Shown here piece after piece: positions 55,506 to 64,000 of a DNA stretch of 64,000 nucleotides. Each line of letters starts with the position of its first letter. Within the stretch, counting starts at the first letter, position 1. The stretch comes from an uncultured Rivularia sp. Lineage in GTDB: Bacteria; Cyanobacteriota; Cyanobacteriia; Cyanobacteriales; Nostocaceae. The notes beneath the pieces are model-generated. The model made no database searches. It was not told where the DNA came from and saw only the letters and a list, made by a program, of their open reading frames with translations. Location of the stretch: the NCBI GenBank assembly GCA_963665115.1, contig OY762007.1, positions 192,001 to 256,000 of the forward strand. Reading direction: 5' to 3'. Both the position numbers and the translations under genes were made by a program.

Positions 55506-55725
55506 TAGGACTTAGGCATTGATAAAAGTTTAATCATGTGCATTAAGTCATACCTAACAACTGAAAGAACATTAAGCTTGAAAAGCCAATGTTCCTATTT
55601 TTTTAATAGGTTTTATGCTTATCAACTTATGCACTTTAGCAATGAAAATGCCGAAAATAGCAACAGTTCGCCGATGTCTGGGCAATTACCATACAATGGT
55701 CTATTTGTTAAGTGCGTAAGTCCTA
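55506..55725. mobile_element. MITE with TAGGACTTA(C/G)GCA terminal inverted repeats
   Basis: TAGGACTTAGGCA at 55506 and TGCGTAAGTCCTA ending 55725; no transposase inside. Confidence 0.7.
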
Positions 55726-56080
55726 AAAGGTTATTTCACCATTAATAAGACTTAATAAATTAGCTTGAAGTTCCTATCGTACAATCATTTAAGAATTTAA
55801 AAAGCTGTATCTATAGATAGATGCAAATATTTAATATTAAAGTTCGTAGTTGCGATGACCGCGCCAATCTGTAATTATCGATCAATTTAAATAAATCCAA
55901 TAAACAATTCCCAAAGAACTACAAAACGTGGTAGGAAACATTGATATAGTATTTCGCCAAATTCTTATCTTTAACAAAATTATTTGTGCAAACCTAAATT
56001 GATGGAGACGTTGCAGTGTGCACGCCGTCTCTACACTATTAAATATAAAAAAACAACCATAATCCAAAATCTAAAATCCC

Positions 56081-57263
56081 ATGTCCGACACTCAAAAAGT
56101 AAGCAACGCAGTAGCCAGTCTTTATAATACCTATCCCTTTCCCCCAGAACCCTTACTCGACGAACCTCCACCGGGTTACAATTGGCGCTGGAATTGGTTG
56201 GCTGCTTACAATTTTTGCACCGGGAGAAAACCGCAAAAACAAGATATTCGTATTCTTGATGCGGGTTGCGGCACTGGTGTGGGCACGGAATATTTGGTTC
56301 ATCTCAATCCCCAAGCAACAGTAGTCGGAATTGATTTAAGCGAAGGTGCGCTAAACGTTGCCAAAGAAAGATGTCAGCGCTCCGGTGCAAATCGCGCCGA
56401 ATTTCATCATCTCAGCTTATTTGACGTAGAAAAAATACCTGGTGAATTCGATTTAATTAACTGCGTCGGGGTTTTGCATCATACATCAGAACCAATTCGC
56501 GGTATTCAAGCTTTAGCCAAAAAATTAGCTCCTGGTGGTTTGATGCATATCTTTGTATATGCTGAATTGGGACGCTGGGAAATTCGCTTAATGCAAAAGG
56601 CGATCGCACTTCTCCAAAATGACAAACGCGGCGATTATCGCGATGGTGTCAGCGTCGGTAGAAAAATATTTGATTCACTTCCAGAAAATAACCGCATAGT
56701 CAAACGAGAAAAAGAAAGATGGGCATTAGAAAATCAGCGCGACGAAAACTTCGCCGATATGTACGTCCATCCCCAAGAAATTGATTATAATATCGAAACT
56801 TTATTTGAATTGATTGACGCTTCCGGTTTAGATTTCGTTGGTTTTTCCAATCCCAGCTACTGGAATTTAGAAAGACTTTTAGCCGCATCACCAGAATTAA
56901 TCGAACGAGCCGAAAACTTAGGAGAAAGAGAACATTACCGATTGATAGAATTATTAGATCCAGATATCAGCCACTACGAATTTTTCCTGAGTCGTCCCAC
57001 CTTTAGAAAAAGCCAATTGGACAGATGAGAATGTACTCCTGGCAGCAACTCCAGAATTAAATCCCTGTATAGATGGATTTCCGGCTTCAACTATATTTAA
57101 TTATGATTACCAATTAATTAGATTGTCAGAAAACGAGATTGAGTTTATGAAAGCCTGCGACAGTTGCTCAACCGTAAGAGAAATTCTAAATAAAGTTCAA
57201 CTCGACTTACAAAAAGTCAAAGAACTTCAGAAACAACAATTGATAATGCTAAGTACAGATTAA
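56081..57263 (+). CDS. class I SAM-dependent methyltransferase; +1 frameshift near 56997
   Basis: ILDAGCGTG, INCVGVLHH, FADMYVHPQE; removing one C restores SRPPLEKANW...NPCIDGFP...MLSTD, stop at 57263. Confidence 0.85.
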
Positions 57264-57814
57264 AGGTTAAAGGTTAAAGTTACCAGTGAATTCCTGTAGT
57301 GCGTTAGCGCAGCGTGTCCGCAAGGACATGCATCTTGCTGACTGGTTATATTAGCGAGCAAGATGCTCGCACTCCTTGTCCCCCCATTACCAATTACCAA
57401 TTACCCATTACCCATTAGCAATCCGAGACTGTTCCGAGTTAACAGTTCAACCTTGACCAAATGCTAATATCGCTGATGACAATACTGTGAATTCGGGGAT
57501 AAAATCCTGGATAAGCGTTTTTCTGTGGCTATCGTCTTCTCTCCAAGAATGTCGAATCGGATAGCTTCTGTTAAACATATTAATCTCTGTTTGTCATCCG
57601 TGTAGACTTGTGTCCTTAACTACTATTTTTCTTCGCCAAGGTTGTTTATGCTTGTAAATGTGTCGAAAAATTAAGGTAGACAGTTAGTTGAATGATGCTT
57701 TTAGGTAACAAGAAGTTAATTGTTTTTTTCTAAAGTAATGTTACCCAACCGTGATATGATTCAACTGACTGGATTTGCAGTCAACATCAAACTTCTGTAC
57801 TGGTTTCAAGTCCC

Positions 57815-58249
57815 GTGAGCTTGTCAGATAATACGATTGAATCCGCGCCTTCGACAATAGAAAATGCTCAAGCTGGTTCTGAGAATGCTCCAGCGGATTC
57901 CATGCAAGATTTCTACAAACTCTATCGGGAGTTGTTAGGTATTACTCTTGCTTTAACGGGGATTATTTTTATCTCTGTTTGGATATCTTATTCCTTAAAC
58001 ATTGCTCTAAATTATTTAATTGGAGGATGTGCGGGTTTAGTTTATCTAAGGATGTTAGCAAAAGACGTTGAGCGCTTGGGTAGAGAAAAGCAAGGACTGA
58101 GTAAAACTCGGTTAGCTTTAATAGTGTTGTTGATTTTGCTGGCAGGAAAGTGGAATCAATTGGAAATATTGCCTATATTTTTAGGCTTTTTAACCTATAA
58201 AGCAACGCTGATAATCTACGTAATTCGTGTGGCATTCAATCCTGATTAG
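57815..58249 (+). CDS. atpI: ATP synthase protein I (atp1)
   Basis: [22 protein letters not shown]; first gene of the operon. Confidence 0.9.
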   Translation: MSLSDNTIESAPSTIENAQAGSENAPADSMQDFYKLYRELLGITLALTGIIFISVWISYSLNIALNYLIGGCAGLVYLRMLAKDVERLGREKQGLSKTRLALIVLLILLAGKWNQLEILPIFLGFLTYKATLIIYVIRVAFNPD

Positions 58250-58319
58250 CATAAAACTGGGTAACTTTAAAAAGCTATTATCCAGTTAATATGGTCGAAA
58301 CGTAGATTAGGTCAAGAAA

Positions 58320-59072
58320 ATGATAGATTTTCTGAATTCTTTTAATTCTGTAACTCTTGCAGAATTGGAAGTAGGAAAACATTTGTACTGGCAAATCGGT
58401 AACTTAAAATTACACGGACAGGTGTTTCTAACTTCCTGGTTTGTGATTGCCGTGCTGGTACTGGTTTCCCTTTTAGCAACTAGTAATATTAAGCGGATTC
58501 CGAGCGGTATACAGAATTTAATGGAGTATGCCCTCGAATTCATTCGAGATTTGGCTAAAAACCAGATTGGCGAGAAAGAATATCGCCCTTGGGTGCCATT
58601 CGTAGGCACTTTGTTTTTGTTCATTTTTGTGTCAAATTGGTCTGGGGCACTTGTTCCTTTCAAGTTGATAGAGTTACCTGAAGGCGAATTAACTGCTCCT
58701 ACTAGTGACATCAATACAACTATTGCCTTAGCATTGTTGACATCTTTGGCGTATTTTTACGCTGGGTTCAGCAAGAAGGGTTTAGGGTACTTTGGCAACT
58801 ACGTTCAGCCGGTATCGTTCATGTTGCCCTTCAAGATAATTGAAGATTTTACAAAGCCTCTTTCCCTAAGCTTCCGTTTGTTCGGAAATATTTTGGCTGA
58901 TGAACTAGTTGTGGGAGTATTAGTCTTACTGGTACCTTTATTTGTGCCACTACCTGTAATGGCTTTGGGTTTATTTACCAGCGCTATTCAGGCACTAATT
59001 TTTGCTACTTTGGCGGCTGCTTACATCGGTGAAGCCTTAGAAGACCACCACGGTGCTGAAGGGGAACATTAA
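58320..59072 (+). CDS. atpB: ATP synthase F0 subunit a (cyanobacterial atpI)
   Basis: [32 protein letters not shown]. Confidence 0.97.
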   Translation: MIDFLNSFNSVTLAELEVGKHLYWQIGNLKLHGQVFLTSWFVIAVLVLVSLLATSNIKRIPSGIQNLMEYALEFIRDLAKNQIGEKEYRPWVPFVGTLFLFIFVSNWSGALVPFKLIELPEGELTAPTSDINTTIALALLTSLAYFYAGFSKKGLGYFGNYVQPVSFMLPFKIIEDFTKPLSLSFRLFGNILADELVVGVLVLLVPLFVPLPVMALGLFTSAIQALIFATLAAAYIGEALEDHHGAEGEH

Positions 59073-59167
59073 GAAGCCCCATAATCCCGTTAATTGTTGG
59101 TAATAGTAAGTTAATTGGATGTTTAACTAACAACTATCAACCATCAACTAACAAAATTTCAAATTGA

Positions 59168-59452
<285 letters not shown>

Positions 59453-59634
59453 TTTAAGTACTGAGTACTGGCAACAAGTAGAGACGTAGCAGTGCTACGT
59501 CTGTACATTAGTTAGGAATTAAGAGTTAGGAATTAAGTAGGAACTCATAACTCTTAATTTAAAATTCATAACTCATAACTTTTCTTTCATGTTTTCAGGC
59601 TCAGAACTAAGATTAATAATTGGAGCAAACAACT

Positions 59635-60126
59635 ATGATTCATTGGACGACTTTATTAGCTGTAGAAGAAGTTGCTCAAGAAGGTGGTCTATTTGATATA
59701 GATGCAACTCTACCTTTGATGGCAATTCAGTTTCTTCTTCTAGCTTTAATTCTGAACGCAATTTTTTACAAGCCTTTGGGCAAAGCAATTGATGAGCGGA
59801 ACGAGTTTATCCGTAACAATCAATTGCAATCAAAAGAACGCTTGACGAAAGTCGAAAAATTAGCGCAGCAATACGAAGAAGAATTAGCAGGTGCAAGAAG
59901 AGCAGCACAAAAAGTAATTGCTGATGCTCAAAAGGAAGCTGAAAAAACTGCCTCCGAAAAAGTAGCAGCAGCCCAGCAAGAAGCACAAGGACAAAGAGAA
60001 AAAGCATCTCAAGAAATCGAGCAGCAAAAGCAAGAGGCTTATGCTTCTTTGGAAAAAGAAGTTGATGGTCTTTCTCGCCAAATATTAGAAAAGCTTTTAG
60101 GAGCGGATTTAGCAGCACAGCGCTAA
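59635..60126 (+). CDS. atpF2: ATP synthase F0 subunit b' (cyanobacterial atpG)
   Basis: [29 protein letters not shown]. Confidence 0.93.
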   Translation: MIHWTTLLAVEEVAQEGGLFDIDATLPLMAIQFLLLALILNAIFYKPLGKAIDERNEFIRNNQLQSKERLTKVEKLAQQYEEELAGARRAAQKVIADAQKEAEKTASEKVAAAQQEAQGQREKASQEIEQQKQEAYASLEKEVDGLSRQILEKLLGADLAAQR

Positions 60127-60686
60127 CAAACTTTAACTTGATTATGAGGAAAGTTTGTAAATTTGCTTGGCTCTAATTCAGTAATTACTAGTTTGTAATT
60201 CGTAATTATTACCCCATATGTAAGTAAAGGGTCAATTCAATTTTGGATTTTAGATTTTGCGGAAAGTTTGGAGTGTAGATTTTCTTCCCCCAAAACTTTC
60301 CAAGACGGATTTTGAATTGCTCTCTTTTTGAAAGAAGAATTAGAGCAATTTTAGAATTTTAGATTCTACATAACGGCGATTAATGATTTATGAAAATTAC
60401 CTTTGTATTTTCCTTGTCATCTAAGTCCGAGTCGCGGTTGAATCTAAGATATAAAATTTAGAATTCAAAAGTACGATTGGTCAGTTAAAGGTAGAAAAAT
60501 ATAAACATAAAAATGTTTTTCTATAAATAACACTGCTTAAAATAAAAATTGATTAATTACGAATTATAAAAAAAGTAAACTACTACTAGTCCTAAAGGTC
60601 ATAGAGAGATTTAGTTTTATAGATGCTTGATTGATACGGCATCATATATTTTATGCTGAAGGCAGCGCAATAGTGGATGAAATAAA

Positions 60687-61244
60687 ATGGGGACTTTTTT
60701 AATATTGATGGCGGAAGCCAGCGCCGTCGGAAGTGAGTTAGTAGAAGAAGCAAGTCACGAAGGTTTTGGTTTGAATACCGATATCTTTGATACTAACTTA
60801 ATTAACTTGGCAATTATTATCGTAGTGCTATTCGTTTTTGGACGGAAAGCTCTAGGTAGTACTCTTAAAGAACGTCGCGAGAAGATTGAAGCCGCGATCA
60901 AAGCTGCTGAAAAACGTACTCAAGACGCACAAACCGCTTTAGCTGACCAACAGAAAAAATTGGCTCAAGCTCAAGAGGAAGCGACTAGAATCAAGCAAGC
61001 AGCACAAGAAAACGCTGGTAAGGCTAAAGAATCAATCCTCGCACAAGCAGCTGTTGATGTGGAAAGAATGAAGCAGACAGCAGCAGCAGATTTGAATACA
61101 GAAAGAGATAAAGCCATAGGCCAACTGCGACAGCGCGTAGTCGCTCAGGCTTTAGAGAAAGTAGAGTCGCAACTCCGTGGTGGAATTGCCGACGATGCTC
61201 AGCATACATTAGTTGACCGTAGCATCGCGCAATTAGGAAGTTAA
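60687..61244 (+). CDS. atpF: ATP synthase F0 subunit b
   Basis: [18 protein letters not shown], coiled coil. Confidence 0.95.
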   Translation: MGTFLILMAEASAVGSELVEEASHEGFGLNTDIFDTNLINLAIIIVVLFVFGRKALGSTLKERREKIEAAIKAAEKRTQDAQTALADQQKKLAQAQEEATRIKQAAQENAGKAKESILAQAAVDVERMKQTAAADLNTERDKAIGQLRQRVVAQALEKVESQLRGGIADDAQHTLVDRSIAQLGS

Positions 61245-61246
61245 TT

Positions 61247-61799
61247 ATGGCAAGTAACACAGCAACCGCAGCAGTATCCCGTCCTTACGCTGAAGCGCTA
61301 ATGTCCTTAGCGCAGTCAAACAACGTTGCAGATAAGTTTGACTCTGATGTACGTTCTTTGTTGAACTTACTGAAAGAAAGCCAGCCACTGCAAAACTTTT
61401 TTGCCAATCCGTTTATTGATGCTGAAGACAAGAAGGGTGTTATTAGCAAGATTCTTAGCGACGACACCAACCCAATCTTTCGTAACTTCTTGATGCTGTT
61501 AGTAGATAGACGGCGAATTACATTGGTAGAGGATATAGGTCAAGAATATTTGGCTAAGTTGCGAGAACTAAATCAAACAGTATTAGCGGAAGTGATTTCT
61601 GCCGTTCCCCTCACCGACGAACAGCAGCAGACAATCAAGGAAAAAGTTAAGGCGATGACTGATGCTCGCGAGGTCGAGTTAGACAGTAAGATTAATAGCG
61701 ACATTATTGGTGGCGTAATTATTAAAGTCGGTTCTCAGGTAGTTGATTCCAGTCTACGGGGGTCAGTTACGCCGCTTATCTTTGAGCTTGAAAGGGTAA
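61247..61799 (+). CDS. atpH: ATP synthase F1 delta subunit (cyanobacterial atpD); +1 frameshift near 61760
   Basis: PYAEALM, IIGGVIIKVGSQVVDSSLRG; removing one G restores QLRRLSLSLKG, stop at 61799. Confidence 0.93.
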
Positions 61800-61950
61800 A
61801 TCGGTTTTGGATTTTAGATTTTGGATTTTGGATTGAAAATCATATTAGTTGCTAGTCCTCTTGATTAACAACTATCAGGTATTAATCAATCTAGAATTTA
61901 GAATTTAGAATTATCATTTCTTTTCGTATTGTAAGAAAGAAGATAAAAAA

Positions 61951-63471
61951 ATGGCAATTAGCATTAGACCAGACGAAATTAGTAACATTATCCAACAGCA
62001 AATCGAGCAATACGACCAACAGGTCAAAGTGCAGAATGTTGGTACCGTGTTGTCAGTAGGTGACGGTATCGCTCGTATCTATGGCTTGGAAAAAGCTATG
62101 GCTGGCGAGTTGTTAGAATTTGAAGATGGTACCGCTGGTGTTGCTCTTAACTTAGAAGAAGACAACGTTGGTGCGGTATTGATGGGTGACGGTCGCCAAA
62201 TCCAAGAAGGAAGTACCGTTACAGCTACTGGCAAAATTGCTCAGGTACCTGTTGGCGATGCCATGATTGGCAGAGTTGTTAATGCTTTGGGTGAAGCAAT
62301 CGATGGTAAAGGTGACATCAACACTTCTGAAGGTCGCTTGATTGAATCGATGGCTCCCGGTATTATCGCTCGTCGTTCCGTACACGAACCGATGCAAACC
62401 GGAATTACCGCTATTGACGCGATGATTCCCGTAGGAAGAGGACAGCGAGAATTAATTATTGGTGACAGACAAACTGGTAAAACTGCGATCGCGATCGACA
62501 CAATTATTAACCAGAAGTCAGAAGACGTAATTTGCGTTTATGTTGCGATCGGTCAAAAAGCTTCCACCGTTGCTAACGTAGTTCAAACTTTACAAGACAA
62601 TGGCGCAATGGATTACACCATTGTGGTAGCAGCGAGTGCTTCCGAACCTGCACCATTACAATGGTTGGCTCCTTATTCAGGTGCTGCTATTGCCGAATAC
62701 TTTATGTATAAAGGCAAAGCAACTTTAATTATTTATGACGATTTGACTAAGCAAGCACAAGCTTACCGTCAAATGTCCTTGTTACTACGCCGTCCACCCG
62801 GTCGTGAAGCATATCCTGGAGATGTATTTTACCTCCACTCCCGCTTATTGGAACGTGCTGCAAAACTCAGCGACGACCTTGGAGCAGGCAGCATGACCGC
62901 GTTACCAATCATTGAAACCCAAGCTGGTGACGTATCCGCTTACATTCCTACCAACGTAATTTCGATTACCGACGGTCAGATATTCTTATCTTCCGACTTA
63001 TTTAACGCCGGTATTCGTCCCGCAATTAACCCCGGTATTTCCGTATCCCGTGTGGGTTCCGCCGCTCAAACCAAGGCAATGAAGAAAGTTGCCGGTAAGT
63101 TGAAGTTGGAATTAGCACAATTTGACGAATTGCAAGCATTCTCACAGTTTGCATCCGACTTAGATAAAACTACCCAAGACCAGTTGGCTCAAGGTGTGCG
63201 CTTGCGGGAAACCTTAAAGCAGCCACAAAACCAGCCTCGTGCAGTATACGAGCAAGTTGCAATTTTGTATGCGGGTCTTAACGGTTATTTAAGCGATATC
63301 GAAGTTAATAAAATTACAGATTTTGTTGAAGGATTCCAAGAATACTTGAAGAACAACAAAACTGAATTCAAGCAAGGAGTTTCAGACACAAAAGTACTTG
63401 GTGAAGGCGAAGAAAAAGCTTTGAAAGAAGCAATCGAAGAGTACAAAAAGACCTTCATGGCAACAGCGTAA
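61951..63471 (+). CDS. atpA: ATP synthase F1 alpha subunit
   Basis: [23 protein letters not shown]. Confidence 0.98.
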   Translation: MAISIRPDEISNIIQQQIEQYDQQVKVQNVGTVLSVGDGIARIYGLEKAMAGELLEFEDGTAGVALNLEEDNVGAVLMGDGRQIQEGSTVTATGKIAQVPVGDAMIGRVVNALGEAIDGKGDINTSEGRLIESMAPGIIARRSVHEPMQTGITAIDAMIPVGRGQRELIIGDRQTGKTAIAIDTIINQKSEDVICVYVAIGQKASTVANVVQTLQDNGAMDYTIVVAASASEPAPLQWLAPYSGAAIAEYFMYKGKATLIIYDDLTKQAQAYRQMSLLLRRPPGREAYPGDVFYLHSRLLERAAKLSDDLGAGSMTALPIIETQAGDVSAYIPTNVISITDGQIFLSSDLFNAGIRPAINPGISVSRVGSAAQTKAMKKVAGKLKLELAQFDELQAFSQFASDLDKTTQDQLAQGVRLRETLKQPQNQPRAVYEQVAILYAGLNGYLSDIEVNKITDFVEGFQEYLKNNKTEFKQGVSDTKVLGEGEEKALKEAIEEYKKTFMATA

Positions 63472-63808
63472 AATAGTTAGGAGTTAGGAGTTAAGAGTTA
63501 AGAGTTAAAAGATTAAGAGTTAGGAATTAGGAGTTGAAGAAATCAAGGATTAACGGTAAGGGATAAAAAGATACATCTCACAACTAAATCCTAAGTCCTA
63601 ATTTCTAACTCTTAATGGTTAAATGCATTAATGGTAAATAGGTGAAGCATTTGTAGTGGGAGCGTTTCGTTCCTTACTGACAATTAGGGAGCGAGACTCT
63701 CCCACTCCTACAACCTGAAACTAATGAGATAACCATCGATTCCTAACTCCTCACTCCTAGCTCCTAGCTCCTAACTCCTAACTCCTAATTCCTAACTTTA
63801 AAAAAATT

Positions 63809-64000
63809 ATGGCTAATTTAAAAGCGATACGGGACCGCATCAGCTCGGTTAAAAATACCAAGAAAATTACAGAAGCCATGCGCTTGGTTGCGGCTGCAAG
63901 AGTACGCCGCGCTCAAGAGCAGGTAACTTCTACCCGTCCGTTTGCTGACCGTTTGGCACAGGTATTATTTGGTTTGCAAAGCCGTCTAACCTTTGAAGAT
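63809..64000 (+). CDS. atpG: ATP synthase F1 gamma subunit, partial (cyanobacterial atpC)
   Basis: [39 protein letters not shown]; runs off the window. Confidence 0.95.
   Translation, partial: MANLKAIRDRISSVKNTKKITEAMRLVAAARVRRAQEQVTSTRPFADRLAQVLFGLQSRLTFED

Noticed and set aside
55536..55745. 69-aa ORF
   Set aside because: Lies within the MITE; no transposase motifs
63475..63800. TAGGAGT/TAAGAGT heptamer arrays as a novel element
   Set aside because: Ordinary short tandem repeats typical of heterocystous cyanobacteria

Overview
AT-rich chromosomal window from a filamentous, probably heterocyst-forming cyanobacterium (Nostocales/Rivulariaceae-like). This is inferred from HIP1 GCGATCGC octamers, heptamer tandem repeats, apcEABC and the atp1 operon. 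Core content: apcE-apcA-apcB-apcC, the ATP synthase operon (gamma runs off the right edge), bicA-nhaS3-antiporter, an ARTO-type heme-copper oxidase cluster, aroE, moaC, tRNA-Arg(ACG), glsA, an ECF sigma/anti-sigma/CcdA/thioredoxin module, a RelBE-like pair and many small GTAG-initiated palindromic repeats and MITEs. The most unusual feature is a minus-strand unit at about 8.6-11.5 kb that the ORF track largely misses. It runs: sigma70-like promoter, ~85-nt structured leader, two abutting tRNA-like cloverleafs (anticodons CUA and CAU), a ~490-nt densely structured non-coding RNA, then a soluble multi-repeat SPFH/slipin protein. The RNA has GNRA and cUUCGg tetraloops and long-range G-U-containing helices, and the unit is bracketed by 30-bp direct REP-like repeats. 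Five genes carry single-base homopolymer insertions, including the essential ATP synthase delta subunit, which most likely reflects sequencing error. No database searches or folding computations were run; all calls come from reading the sequence.
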